A stretch of 60,339 bases of DNA, the filler included, from Sphacelaria rigidula (Eukaryota): the NCBI GenBank assembly GCA_964200075.2. It is 9 parts of 9 records of this genome, joined end to end, with 100 filler letters (N's around TTAATTAATTAA, not from the genome) between each part and the next. Parts side by side here need not be neighbours in the genome. Positions count along the whole stretch, not along the records: positions 13,433 to 20,048 come from CAXNAA020019040.1; positions 20,149 to 26,764 come from CAXNAA020019041.1; positions 26,865 to 33,479 come from CAXNAA020019042.1; 6 more parts are not named here. One strand, given 5' to 3'. A program made the position numbers and the translations under genes. Of this stretch, positions 13,655-27,199 are shown piece after piece. Position 1 is the stretch's first letter; every line of letters starts with the position of its first letter. Under the pieces are notes generated by a model, which was given only the letters and a program-made list of their open reading frames with translations, had not been told where the DNA came from and searched no databases.

Positions 13655-15025
13655 CAGCGTAAAAATTATATGTGCACCCGGGGACACCATCGAACTTCAT
13701 GCGCACCCCCTGGGATAATGGCAATAACACGTGCGGCCAGTCAGAGCCGCATGACCACGGCCACGACCGTGGTGCAACTTGGGTCACACTTTCAATCTGA
13801 GCCAGCACAACCAACGCAAACTACCGTAGTACAAGCATAACATGATGTCGCACTCTCTCTCATCTCTCGCCACTCGTCGCGTGGTCGAGTCTGCGTGACT
13901 CTCCACTGCCAGCTCGGAAACAAAAAAATGTTCTGTGTTGATTATTTCAAAGCTCAAAATTCTATGCTCACTTACTTCCATCCTCCATCAATGTACGATG
14001 CACACCGACAGATTATTAAGGGAAAGGAGCGGTATTTGTGTATACCCAGAGAAGCACAGAAACCGAAGGTAGAGAATGTGGCGTGTATCAAAATAGACAG
14101 CACCATGGCGACATTCTATTCTACTGTTTGTAAGTAACACCATGTGCGCCGTGCCATATCTACAGCATCCGTCCGGTGTTTGAAAAAACATGGAGAACGT
14201 GCCACACCGAGGGCGGGTCCTCTGTTTCTTCGACACAACTCTCACTTCAAATTGCCCACCCTGGCGGTCAGAGGGTTGGATTTTACAGCTGGCGGCAGAA
14301 AGGGGCCATGCTTCCCGGGGCTTTGGAGGAATCTGATCCTTCAGTGATCCTGATGACGAAGGGAGGAACGCAGTGGGAGGACAGAGAATAAGACGACTGC
14401 ACTGTACCGCTGTTTTATTTGGGCTTCCGTGTACATACAGTACATTGTAATTTGTACCGTCCTGTCTGTAGGTCATCATCCACTTTGTTGTAGAGACGGC
14501 ACGGCGCACATGGCGGTACCGATAGACTCAACACAAGTAACAACAAACAGCAGAACATGATATCGTCGCCATGATGTCTGTTCCGGTACACGCCACGCTC
14601 TCTACTTGGGTTATCTGTGCTGCTCTGGGTACACAAAGCAGCATCTCTTTTCCCTCCATAATCTATCGGTGTGCATCATACATGGACGGAGAATGGAAAT
14701 AAGCGAGCATAGAATTTTGAGCTTTGAAAATAATCAACACAGAGCATTTTTTGTATTTTCGAGTTCGCAGTGGGAAGTCAAGCAGACTCGACCACGCGAC
14801 GAGTAGTGAGAGATGAGAGAGAGAGTGCAACACCATGTTACTCTTGTACTACTGTAGTTTGCATTGGTTGTGCTGGCTCGGATTGAAAGTGTGACCCAAG
14901 TTGCACCACCCACGATCGGGGCCGTGGTCATGCGGCACCAACCAGCCGCACGTGTTATTGACATTATCTCAGGGCGCACATGATGTTCGATGGTGCACAT
15001 TTAATTTTTCCGCATTAGCATAATA
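13655..15025. mobile_element. Large foldback element: ~515-bp inverted arms (13655-14166 and 14486-15025) with ~320-bp spacer
   Basis: For example TTTCAAAGCTCAAAATTCTATGCTC (13943) vs GAGCATAGAATTTTGAGCTTTGAAA (14705), and TTTCAATCTGAGCCAGCACAACCAA vs TTGGTTGTGCTGGCTCGGATTGAAA. Exact termini are unclear. Confidence 0.85.
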
Positions 15026-17708
15026 GTAGGCTTGTGTATCAGTAGGATTTCCAGATATTACACGTATCGGCAGATCTGTGCCGCTGATTGGCCCATAGTA
15101 TATGATAATATCGGTGAATGCGACTTCAGGAATGCCGCAGGCACGAGCTGCGTAACCACCACGCGCGCAGGGGGGGGGGGGGCGAGGGTATCCGTGGAAT
15201 CGTCGCCGGAAGAAGAAAAAAATGCGCGGCTTGGCTTCTCTCCGTTCGAAATCGGGCTCAGCATGCACGACAAACAGGCTTTTGGCAACCACGCAAACAA
15301 CTCCAGCGATAGAAAAAAAAAAGGCTCAAGGGGAACCGTTCGGCAAGGGAAAAAATACGTCATTGGAACACATATGCGCACACACGGGGCCCTGAGGTTG
15401 TTTGCAAGGTCATCAGACCCTGACCCTGAAGAGGATGCCGAGATCGTATACAATGAACTCAAGGTTAGTTCACCACTTGGGAGGGTGAAAAAATTCTCGG
15501 AAATTGATCATTTCGGACAAACTAAAACCCTAACGCTAACCTTAACCCCATATCCCCAACGAAGGCACACCGAGAACCCTCGGCCAAGGGGGTACAAAGT
15601 GTTCGTTAGGCAAAGTGTGCTTTGCCAGACCTCACAACAGCGCCCCAGGAGCCAATTTCGACAAAAACGCGTTCTGCGCACGCTAGGAGCACGCTTGGAG
15701 CACAGCCCCGACCAAGATCCCAATTTCTATGCCCACACTAAAATTGTGTCGAATTAAAAATCAACCATAGCACCTTCCGAAGTGGTGAACTATAGTGATG
15801 AACTCAAGTGCTGTACTGTACTGCGAAATGCATTTCTGTTATTTCTACATTGGAAACCGTTCCGATCTCTGCACAGTACCTTTTATCTTCCGTGCTGGGC
15901 ATCTGATGCAGACGCCTTCCGCGGTCACACGTGAACCACCCAAAACGAGGTTCAAGCTTACCCCGAGACAGCGACCCCCCCGCGGGTGGACTAAGTTGGA
16001 CTATGCCACATTTGGGTTTCAAACGAGCTCTTGTCTCGCTACACAAAACGCCCTTACCATGGACATGTGGATATTCCGGCATCTACACAAAAAATAGTCC
16101 CAGAGCACCCCTGACCAGTTATGCCCCTGCAGTCAATTGTGTGCGGAGTCAGAATGTATGTGTACTGCATGTCTTCGCTGGATACACACGGCAAGAGACA
16201 GTATAAGGGTGCCATCGCTCTGCGCTGAACACAAGTTACTGCATGTTGCCAATGCCTCTGCCCGGTGTTCAACAACACTACAGACAGTGTGAAGCTATGC
16301 TGGCGACACATGAGGCTTCCGACAGGCGGCACAGACCTCGACCAGAGTACAAAACAAGATATTTGTACCCATGTAATCTCCGGTTGAGCTGCCATGACCA
16401 AAATGGGAGATGCTGGTAGACAGCGAAGTAGTCCACCTGTAGGGGAACTGCGTGCTCCTTCTAACGGCCGTGATTGGTCAGAATGGTCGTTCCACGCTCC
16501 CCTAGGCAAACTGTGCGTTGGCAGACCTGAAATCGACGCCGCAGGCGCCGATTTTGACAATAACACGTTCTAGGCAAGCTGGGTCCACTGCTCACCTGCC
16601 CCAATAGGCTTTTGCTCTTTGGGCATATAATTTTGCATAAAACGGGGTTTTGCGCATAAGCATGTGCGTTTTTTTTTCCAACATTTGTTTTTGGAGATTT
16701 CAGCATGACAAAGGCATAAAAGCCAAGTTTTACGCAAAACTTGGCGCATTTAGTACTCCAACGGGATTATGCACCCCATGTCCAGCAGCTAGTGGCTGCC
16801 CACGGCTGCTCAATATGGCGTGGTTCGTGGAGTCGTGAAGTCGTGGCGTTTGTGTTCATAATTTCTTTTCTTGAACTTTGTTGCGGGTCTGATATCGGTT
16901 ATGGTGCTGTATGTGAGTTACTTTTTGTTCATGTGAGACTGATGAAGAAAAAAGTGTAATAGTTCACATCAAACAGCGGGTCCCGCCACGACGTCACACA
17001 CCAAAACAGTCCAATCGATAACTGTACAGTGTACAGCGCTCAGTGCACAGTGGGCCGACAGTACAGCAGTGAGCACTACACTACTACGGCAGACCAGAAA
17101 GAGGTCGAGGTGACCGTGGTGCGGAATTTCGCGCCCCAACAGCGCGACGCGAAGGAGACCGCTGAGGAACAGAGGGCGAGAGAAAAAGCGCAGAATATAT
17201 TTTATTCAAGTTCTAATTTTTTATTTTCATTTTTTGCATTATTGTTTTTTTTATGGCCTTCATGATCAATGAGCGAAGGAAAAACGAGTGATACTATTTT
17301 CAAAGCAATCGTGAAATCTCGACATGTTTAGCGTGCCGTCTTGTTTTCTTGCAGGAAGGTACGTTCCATGAGGGTAATGGATGAAACCTCGAAATGGTCC
17401 GCTATATATATAAGGGTTGGGAGCTAAACGTTTCCGCTCCAAAACGGTCGACAGTCGAAGGTTAAGCTCCTGTCGCGTGGGTAGTGCGACAGACTCGTGC
17501 CGGCGTACCTGGCACTGGGGGCGACATCCCGGTGTAGCTGTGAATGTGACACCTTCCTCTAATACCAATCTACACATTCTCCAAGTTTCGGCGTCATCTG
17601 ATGCGAGGTGCGGATTCTCTTCCCGCCTAAGATTCCAAAACACCCCCTCCATGTTATGAAAAAGAAATAACACTACTGTGTCGATGAAAAACTACGCGCC
17701 GCGCGCGC

Positions 17709-18074
17709 GTGGGTGTGTGGTGTCGTCACCCCGTCTATTCTAGATGCCAGGGTATATTTCCGGTATATACGGGCGCATCAGCCGGGGTCACAGAGGAGGT
17801 CCAACACAGGAATTCTCTGTTTTCTTTTGTTTCAACACTGTACCGTGCTTCTGCGGTGTTTTGCTTCGTTAATCGCGAGAGTGGTACAGCAGTCTCTTCC
17901 CCTCGTCGACCGTGGAGTCGAATGTCGTGACTACACGACATACTCCCTCTCCACTGTTCGGCACGGTGTGAGAAAAAATCCCAGATCTTGTCATGTGAAT
18001 TCACTGAGATTCGAACCGGCGACGTAATCGTCAGAAGGTTTCGCGGTTACCAACTGGTCCACGGGGGTGACCGG
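17709..18074 (-). mobile_element. tRNA-derived SINE (family S1)
   Basis: Reverse complement starts CCGGTCACCCCCGTGGACCAGTTGG...GGTTCGAATCTC and is colinear with 6187-6570. A 3' fragment also lies at ~36802-36885(-). Confidence 0.8.
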
Positions 18075-20181
18075 CAAGAATGCAATGCTACAGCTCAAAA
18101 AATAATTACATACAGTATCGTTTCATAGCCGGTAACAGCAAACGGCCGATGTATCCGTCCCATTTGCTGATACGATACAGGGTCTTCTGTCGGTCCGCTG
18201 TACAGACAGTACTACTAAATTTCAAGTCGCCACAACTGCTAGTGGGGGAAGGCGCGGCCAATCGTCTCTTGCCTGTGATTCAAATTCCACACAGCACCAG
18301 TAGCAGAAGCAGCCGTGCGTATGACATCCTTTTGAATTGTGGTCAAACTACGACGGAGGTGTTGCAACTGGGGAAACCGCTGCGCGAGAATACTGATGAT
18401 AATGTGGGAAAAGGACGGCAGTGTCAACCCGAAAGTAAATACTGTTGTCTGTAGCAAGTGAAAAAGGTGCAGTACCATCAGCACAGTCGACGCCCTGCCC
18501 GCGGACGCAACGTCGCCATGCTCAGTGGCGTATATTATCCAAGAGGCGAGATTATCTGGTTATTTTCAAGCAGCTGGGACTTGCTTTGCCGGGTGTACTG
18601 ACTGTTGTATCTGCTGTAGTGTTGCGAATCACTGAGAAACTTCTGACTGTTGGTGATTTTGCTCTATCGAGACCCTCATAGGACTGTGACCATCATTACA
18701 TACCTCTCGACGGAACTCCGCGAGTTCCTCGCTCAGGTCCGACCTCATGCTGTCTCAGCCACGCCCCTCTCCGAGCTGAACTGCTGATGACTTAGCGCTG
18801 TTGGTGATGGGCCACGGGGTTTGATAGGTAGCTTCATTGGATGAGGGGAGCGTATCAACGGCTGCTCTGCTCGTGTGTGGAATAATGGCAGTTAAGTAGT
18901 AGGGTACGTTACGTAGTAACAAAATGACTGAGAGCTAGCGCCAATTTTCGCAGCATTTTCAAAATGGCTCATGTAAATAACCTCAACTCTACTTGTACAT
19001 GAATCGTGTAGAAGCAACCAACGATGAGTGCTTATTCGCAAACCAATTGTCTCAAACATCTGATCCATGGGAAGCTACAGCGCTATCCATGCCATCCCCA
19101 CATGCAGTTTGCAGAACAGTGCGCTCTTATGCTTCTCACCTGTTGTGCCGCAATGCAGGCAGTAGACCTCGTTTCCTTTCTCCAAGCCAGCAGAATTCAA
19201 AAAAATGTAGGGGGAGTTTTGACAGTATAGGACCAGACTGGACTGGACTGGACACAGAAGGCAAACGGAGTTCGCCGACAGCTTGGGTTGTTGACAAATC
19301 GCAACACGAGTGCAACAACGGGTTGTCGACTCCCCTCTGGAAGGGGAGTTCCCCTGTCGGCACTCGTGTCCAGCCGCCTTGGTTGTGCGACAAAGTATGC
19401 ACACAGTGGATGGAAATTGTTTGCCACGTCGATATAGGTCGTCATCTAAAACGCATCCAACCATGATCACATCATCACCCATGATCCGATCATTGTGCGG
19501 GGGCGCTTGGGGGCGCTGCTGGTGCTCTTCGTATAACGATAATTGAGGATTTGACAGCAGTAGTGCTGATTTAATCAGAGCATAGGAGCACGTTCGGTAT
19601 GTTTTCCCGATCGCAGTCGCCTAGACGCTAGGTAGGAGAAGAGGATACGGGTTCAGTACATCATTAAAGACCCGCGCGATGGCAAGGAAGCAGCGGCGAG
19701 CGATCTCGCACCTGTTCGAACGCTTCCCTACCTAAACACGCAACGACCGACAGCAATCTACCCCCATCCCCCGCCCCCTCTGCCACCCTTCCCCCAGATA
19801 TATTTGTTCCATATGTAGGCTATTTCCGTTCAAGAGAGGGCTACTTTGGTGATCAGTGTTGCGTACGTGATGACTTCGTCGCGGAGGACGCCCAATTCCC
19901 TAAATGACAAGGAGAAGAGACGATGGCGGTTTTGTTGCGCTGTACTATTATACTGTTGTAGTACAGATAACAGTATGATCCAGGCTGGGCCGCCCAAGAA
20001 GCTCACTTTCCTTCAGCCCGTTCTAAACTCAAGATGTATCGCGAGTTGNNNNNNNNNNNNNNNNNNNNNNNNNNNNNNNNNNNNNNNNNNNNTTAATTAA
20101 TTAANNNNNNNNNNNNNNNNNNNNNNNNNNNNNNNNNNNNNNNNNNNNGCCTCTGCATTCTACATAACAGAAGTTGAGGTA

Positions 20182-22107
20182 TTATAACCATTCGCTGAAC
20201 TCATCCAAGTCTGCGGCGTGCAATTGTGTTCCAGAAGGTCGCTCGGCTGCTAAAGGTGACACTGACACTTTCGCGAGATCAGGAGTTGACACCTCCTGAG
20301 GAGCTACATCCGCGTTCTCCGCCGGCCGACCCGCCCGGTTTCCGTCGATATTTTGATGCGCGCTGAAGATTGTCGCTTTTTTTGCGCCCCTCGCTGCTTT
20401 GGCCTTCTTCCTCTTGATCTCATCAAGAGTGGGCACTTTGAAGTTCAAAGAGCTCGACTTGCTCGCGGTAGTGGAATTTCCCAGGGTCTTCGCAACGCTA
20501 CCACCCTCTTCCCGACCGCCGTCCGCGCGTCGGCTCTGACGTGTGGTTCCCAGAGCCTGTGGCATCGACAACACCGAGGATATGGGCGTCTGAGACGATA
20601 ACTTTTGACGTTCAGCGGGTACTGCAGCGTGCTGACGTGCGGTACCCAGAGTCTGTGGCATTGGCAATACCGAGGATGTGGGCGTCTGAGACGATAGCTT
20701 TAGACGTTCAGCGGGTGCTGCACCACGCTGGCGCTTCTCATCGCGTTTGCCGGTTTCTGTGCGAATCCTGGTGGGTAAAGTGGCTCTTCCCTCCTCGCGT
20801 CTGCCGGCTTCCGTGCGAATCCTGGTAGGAACGACAGCTCTTCCCTCCTCGCGTCGGCCGGCTTCCGTGCGAATCCTGTTGGGAACAGTGACATTACCCT
20901 CCTCGCGTTTGTGCGGATCTCTGCGAGTGCTAGCGGGAACAGTGGCTCTTCCCTCGATCGGAGCCCCAGCCTGCGGTTGTCGTGCCGCATCAAGAGAATT
21001 AGTCTTGCCTGTGTGGAAGGTACTGCTCCGCGTATGTCGCGCCAAACCTGAAGGAGCATTGGCTCTGTCTGCAATTGCACTCCTACCCTGCGTCGGTCTT
21101 GCGGGACCTAAACGGTCCATGATTGAGCCCCTGCTGCTACCCGCTGCTGTGACCCTGCTTTCCGGCACGCCGACATGTTGTGGTCGTGGTTTTTCATGCT
21201 TCCCCAACTCTCGTTGCCGCACATGCCGGACTTGACTTTCGCTGCTACCGTCCCTCAGGTGCATCTCCGCCGCTCTCTTTCGTGTAATGAAACCTCCATC
21301 AGGTAACGCGATCACTCCACCCTGTGACGGAGCTTTTTCGCTCGTGTGCAGTGAAGGGGCTGCGTCGCCCTTTTTCTCCAAATTTTGGGCCGAGCTCGAC
21401 GAGCTCGGAGCAGGGCTTTGACCGTTCCTGCTAGGGTTTTCCGCTTTTGTTTGGTTTGAGACACCCGACGGAGCAACACTACTCCCAGCTCTTGCACCCA
21501 TAGTGCGAACAACGGCATCCAGGGGAACGGGACCATCGGGACCAATCACGTACATCGTCCCATCGGGGCCCAACATAAGGGGTGGGCTCCCTGGCGAGGG
21601 AACGCTCCCTAGTGCAGCAGTTGGGTTCGGCGATCCTTTCGGCGGTTGAGCAGAGCCACTGTGAAGATTCTCACCGTACCTTGCTTCAGGACTACTCGCC
21701 ACCGGCGCTATCGGGTGTGCTTCTATAAGCCCTGCAGATACATCCGTAGTACCCTGAGGCGTGTGCGACGCGTGAGAGGCTTGAGTGCTTCGTCGAGCGC
21801 TGCCCTCGTTCCCTGCCCCCGCGTCGGCATGGCTGAAGGGGCAAGCATCACCCTTCGTGCATTTTTCTTGCGCGAAAAATACGCACGGTTGTGAGCTTCG
21901 ATCCATCCCATCCCATGGGGATGGACGGGGAATTCCTCGGCCTCCAGCAAACACGCCACGACCACCACCAATGCCACGCCCGCTACCGAATCTCCCCCCG
22001 GGTCCAACTCGGGAGTGCCCTCTTCCCTGCACGGCAGAAGGTGGGTTGTCATACGATACGGACGGCGTAAGCATGAGCGAACTTCGTTCGCTACCTCGAA
22101 GGTGTGC
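20182..22107 (-). CDS. Large terminal exon of an RGG-box / CCCH zinc-finger RNA-binding protein (weakly ZC3H11-like)
   Basis: 630-codon open frame with RGG-rich GGRFGSGRGIGGGRG, a C-x7-C-x5-C-x3-H finger CVFFAQEKCTKGDACPFSH, internal tandem repeats and a C-terminal FKVPTLDEIKRKK motif. A candidate acceptor CATCAG| gives exon start 22107, or the gene may start at ATG 22074. Upstream exons were not identified. Confidence 0.85.
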   Translation of the reverse strand, partial: AHLRGSERSSLMLTPSVSYDNPPSAVQGRGHSRVGPGGRFGSGRGIGGGRGVFAGGRGIPRPSPWDGMDRSSQPCVFFAQEKCTKGDACPFSHADAGAGNEGSARRSTQASHASHTPQGTTDVSAGLIEAHPIAPVASSPEARYGENLHSGSAQPPKGSPNPTAALGSVPSPGSPPLMLGPDGTMYVIGPDGPVPLDAVVRTMGARAGSSVAPSGVSNQTKAENPSRNGQSPAPSSSSSAQNLEKKGDAAPSLHTSEKAPSQGGVIALPDGGFITRKRAAEMHLRDGSSESQVRHVRQRELGKHEKPRPQHVGVPESRVTAAGSSRGSIMDRLGPARPTQGRSAIADRANAPSGLARHTRSSTFHTGKTNSLDAARQPQAGAPIEGRATVPASTRRDPHKREEGNVTVPNRIRTEAGRREEGRAVVPTRIRTEAGRREEGRATLPTRIRTETGKRDEKRQRGAAPAERLKLSSQTPTSSVLPMPQTLGTARQHAAVPAERQKLSSQTPISSVLSMPQALGTTRQSRRADGGREEGGSVAKTLGNSTTASKSSSLNFKVPTLDEIKRKKAKAARGAKKATIFSAHQNIDGNRAGRPAENADVAPQEVSTPDLAKVSVSPLAAERPSGTQLHAADLDEFSEWL

Positions 22108-23900
22108 CTGATGTTCATGAACTCAGAGCGGATCGTGTGGACGCGACAAGGTACGGGAAACTGGTTTTTCAATCCCACTGTTACTGCAATCACAATGAGG
22201 AGTAAATTACAAACAAAACCAACGGTCGAGTAGCTGAGGTGCACGATAACAGAATCTACTCGCAATGAGGTGACAAAGGAGGGGGATAACACGCAGAGCG
22301 GTTTGGACTATCAAATTCTCATCAACAGGCCGGGGGGGGGGTTGCAAGTTCAGTCGTTTTCTACACTCAACAAAGCCCCGTGCTTCAAACAGATATCTCG
22401 TTTATCGCAAGACTCGATGAGGTGTTTCCAACCGCACCATCTTCTGCGACGTTTGCCCAGTAAAAGAGGAAACGTCAGGCTAGAGGTTCCATCGCCGTGG
22501 GCGATGTACTTAAACAAAGCTGGTTCCACCAAGAGATACTATGATTCGCTTCCAGGTCAACATTCAAAAGCTGAACTGAGGCAAATACGGAAAATACGGA
22601 AAAAACATCTCGGGATATTTCACGTGCACATGCCATGTCTTGACACTTTGGGAGTGGATATTATCTAGCTGTGGGCGTTACTTGAAGTCGGGAACAATGC
22701 CGTATTCACTCACGACTATCTAGGGTATAGTTTTATGATTGCCTTGGTCCGAAAAATCATTCATCCTATGTGGCACTGGCAAGAGCAAAAAGCTGTCAAT
22801 ATCTATCCAATTGACCTAAGCGTCGGTTCAGTTGAAATGAGACTTTGATTCATCACCGGCTTCACTTCAAGGCTTCATATACCCGTCCACTTTTTGTTTT
22901 CTTCTGATTACTGTAAGGGTGTTTGTGTCTTCCCCCTGTAGCGCTCGTGGGTGACAGTTCATGCCCAAATGGTGTGGTGCCCGAATAACGACCACGACTT
23001 CTTCTTCTCCTTCGCACGGCATTTACACTTACAGCCATGCTGGATGGAGTGGCCGTACTTTGCACCCTTGTTCACTGTTTCCTGAGTCACCACATTCACC
23101 ATCTTACGGATAATGAACACGGCCCGATTCCTCGGGGATCAGTTACTGTGCGTCAATCAACCAATAAATTTATCAATCAGACGTGTGTACAGATTTTCAA
23201 CCGAAAAAAAGCGGTCCCGCCAAGATAATTCATATATATATATGAATGCCCGCACTTGGCCCACATCCAACAATCGTTGTACTTGTTGTGAACAAAAAAC
23301 TTTCGTGTATTTTTTCACCGCAGCTGGATTATCCGGTGTCACGTGGCGCACAAGTCGGACACGACACAGGCTGCATTCCGCACCAATCGGCGGCACGTTC
23401 GGGGCCGTGCCACAAAATTAACGAAGCGAATATCGATTTTGGGCAACACTGTCGATCAGCCATCACTACGGCTTTCCCGCAGCCCACTCTGCGTGCACCG
23501 CCAGTGAAAGCATATCTTGACACGCTGGTGCACTAAATTTCATATCAGCAGCTGGGCGGCTGCTGCGCTGACAATAAAACATCGATCTGGATTGAGACAT
23601 CCACTGGATCATATAAACATGTACAAACTCATTCACATATCGCTTGCAGGGGTGCTCGGTTCGGGAGGCACGGCCGTACGCACGCTGTAGGCGCTGCAAC
23701 GCGAGGAAACTTCTGCACAGGTTATGCGAAGCACAGTCAACAAGCCCCTATCGCTGAATCTGGGGTTGTCTGTTGTGAAGTAGTGCGCAACGGGGTGAAC
23801 AGAGGTCAGATTTTGCCCTGAAGAAATGTATTTTTTCAATTTTTTATTTTGGTGCAAGACTGGGGAAGGAGAGATAAAACTCAATCTTGGAACAAATTTA

Positions 23901-24065
23901 CACCCTGGCAAAAGATGGTCAAAAGATGCAATAGACGAGAAGTGTACTGCATATAGTATAGGTCTATTGCAACTATTGCCGGCCGACAATAGTCGCAATA
24001 GACCTATACTTTATTCAGTACGTTTCTTGTCTATTGCAACTATTGACTATATATTGTCCAAGGTG
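23901..24065. mobile_element. Small palindromic MITE-like element (CACC...GGTG), 165 bp
   Basis: AGTATAGGTCTATTGCAACTATTG pairs with CAATAGTCGCAATAGACCTATACT; outer TGCAATAGAC pairs with GTCTATTGCA. Confidence 0.75.
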
Positions 24066-26643
24066 TGAACAAATTCAAGTGTCAGTCAGACTCCAAAACG
24101 ATGTGAAGTGGCAAGGGGCCCTACCAGGTGCACGCTAGCCCCGCTCCCCCCCCTCCCCATCAGAAACCTCATTCTCTCCATTTTTCCAACACTACACGCA
24201 GTCGAAGGACACTTCAACCACCCAAGGATCACCTAAGGGTGAGTAGCTCAAAACTGAATAGTTTTGCGGTGTCAGTCCATTGGGGGCTGGGGTTCGAGGC
24301 GGTCTGACCGTTGGTTCATGATTTTGAAGTCGCGCAGTGAATCGGAAAATGACTCGCATGTTGCACTTGACCCTTGTGGCACAGGCGCCGATACAAATGT
24401 GCGCAAGTACAGCACGGGACTCGGTATTCACAAAATAGATACATGGTGCACATTTTTGTGTATAAGAGTAAAGGGAACACAAGTGCTAATTTTGGCTGCG
24501 TGCATAAAGTTGAACACGCTTGACCCGTTACGTCCTCTCAATAGACAAAACTAATCGTACTGCACCGGAGTGACATTTTTGGTGCGCGCACGACGTATGC
24601 TGGTTGATTCTTATGTGGCCTTCCACCGTAAAATGGTTGCTGTCGGTATTTCTGTTTCCATTTTTTCTTATTTGTCGGGGCTTGAAATAAGGAGGCGTCT
24701 GGCCCGGGGACGAAAGAGGAGGGTTCCCGGAGGGTTAGTTGTCCCACTTACTGCACCCGCACATGCCCGTACACACCAGGGATAGATAAATAGTCGTCAT
24801 CGCTATCAATTGCATCTTGGGGGTACCCCCCCCCCCCCCCCCAAAGGGGGTACTCCCGCCCCAGGCCTCGTCCTTGAGGATATTTTCTAGAGTTGGGGGG
24901 AGAGGGCAGAGAGAGGGTGTTCTCATGATCTTGCATGCCGTAGTCACACTATCACCTCGCGTTACTACAAGGCCGGGACGCAGTACACCGAGTTCTCTCC
25001 GGACCAGGCTCCGGAGGGCAGGGAGGGCGTGGTCTGCAGGTGGTAGGCTCCCTTGGTAATAGAACTGAAGACGGGAACAAAGCCATGTTTGTCGTGATCA
25101 TGTAGGTAGGGCATACACATAAATGTGTTGACTTGGTGGCTTGATGGCTGCGAGATTATCGAAAATTGGAAAAGTACCACTTCGATACGAATCGAAATGA
25201 AACGACTGATATTTGGCTTATATGCATAATACTTTGTTCAGGTATGAAGCAGTACGTCGCAGCACAGTTCGGGACAGGGCGCCGTGTTCGTCTTGGATCA
25301 CCATCAAGCGGATGTGTGCAGAGGACGTGTGCCGCGGGTTCTTCCTCTTACTATTAAAAAAGCGTCATGGTAGAAGATTCCTTTGTCTCTTGGTGAGAAC
25401 AGCTCGTTTCCAGGACATCTGAACGTAAGTACCGCATACTCGTGGAATGGGACAGCTCACGCGTCGTGAAGCTTCCCGCCATTCATCACATATTAATCTA
25501 AAAGGTCATTATTCCGTGCTCAGGGTGATCGTATGCAATGTGCCGCGGGTGATGAACGGCTGGTGCTGCAAACAGCATACAGTCCATCAGCGTGGGGCGT
25601 TCGTCAGGGGATGATTATGCAAGGTACTCTTATGCTGCATAACATACAGTAAGTCCGTTTCCCAAATATCAGATAGAGGACTTGGAGGAGGCAGCAGGAT
25701 GCACTGTGAACACCACCCTGAAAGAGTGCTCTCTCGGCTCTAACGTAGCAACAGCTTACATACGGCGTACGCTACCCTCAGACGCCAAATTTGTACGGTC
25801 GAAAACTCGGAACTCGTGAGCGATGATTATGGGTGGTGGAAGTTTGTATATTATTGAATTTGGCCTCACTTGTAACTTGTCCCCCTTTTCGGGACGAGTC
25901 CGTGGTCTCGAGGGATCAGCACCTCTCCCCCGGTGCACGCCTTAGATTTTGGTATCGCGGGTTGGACCATGACTAACCCCTCCGCACAACGTTGATTGTC
26001 TGAAACAGTTGTCACTGGATAGGTGCGTGGGCCTTCCGTCAGACTTGTACGCGTCCCGAGGCATCAGACCAAAAGTCATTCCTAAAAATACCGAAAATGA
26101 AGCCAACGTGAACGCACGACATCTCGTCTCAACCAAAGCTGCAATGGAAACCAGTATTGACCCTTTTAGGACCGCTGATGGAAAATGACGATTTACAATG
26201 GACGTTTTCTTGGCAGGATTATGGATGTTTTTTTGCAAGTGTTGATGATGCAGCCCACCGGAACGGTACACCACTCTAATTTAAAGTATACTAATGTGAC
26301 AGATTCGTGCACCGAACTCGAAGCGACGTTTTCCCGGCGACGAAAGCTCGCAGATGGGAGTTTGTACTGTTTTTGGTAAAATCCAAAAGGGTTAATAAAT
26401 CCCCCAGTTTCATCTTTTCGAAACGATACCAACCGCTACCTGTGAACACTACGAGATCGTAGAGTCAACTCATCAAAATATAACTGACATACGTGGTAGC
26501 ACAGAGGAAGTGACGATTGACCGGTTCTCCAAACAATGTTTTTAGAGCTCGGAAATGGTTTGTCCAACCATGAACCATTCGGATGGTAATGTGTAGCGCA
26601 GTGATTAACCATTCAAATGGTGCGTAGAGGTTTGGTTATCTAA

Positions 26644-26764
26644 GGCCGCTTCTTATAATAGACAAAAATAAGAACCCGGAAAAATGTATTTTTGGAGCTC
26701 TTACGTCGTTTTATGCCCCAAAAGAGAGCTAGGCGGAATTCGACACCTTGGAATGACTTGCTCT
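26644..26764. mobile_element. Left end of Tourist/Harbinger-like MITE (family M2), cut by contig end
   Basis: TAA|GGCCGCTTC...GACACCTTGGAATGACTTGCTCT matches 43064-43530 and 27200-28146. Confidence 0.75.
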
Positions 26765-27199
26765 NNNNNNNNNNNNNNNNNNNNNNNNNNNNNNNNNNNN
26801 NNNNNNNNTTAATTAATTAANNNNNNNNNNNNNNNNNNNNNNNNNNNNNNNNNNNNNNNNNNNNATACCTTTAAAACTATCTACTAATACTAACCCCGGA
26901 GAGAAAAGGAGGGAGGGAGGGGGGCAGGGGGCGCGGAATTGCAAGCGTGATGGAAAAAAAAAAAAAAGACATGCACTGACGATCGTTGTGTACACGATAC
27001 TTTTCACGTTCGATGTGATGTGGATACAAGTCACACACGATATCATGAACACCATATCATGACTGTATCATTAGTATATTACGATAGCGAGGGAACCAAG
27101 CTTTTTCGTAAGGAACGTGGACGTTCACTGACTGCGACTGCTTTGCACGTGACGACATTTGATATGAGTACCGTATTCGCCAACGTGTTTCACTCCTTG

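Noticed and set aside
15032..15757. 241-aa ORF
   Set aside because: It spans a foldback edge, a G-run and telomere-like repeats, has no domain and starts at a non-ATG codon. It is likely a chance ORF.
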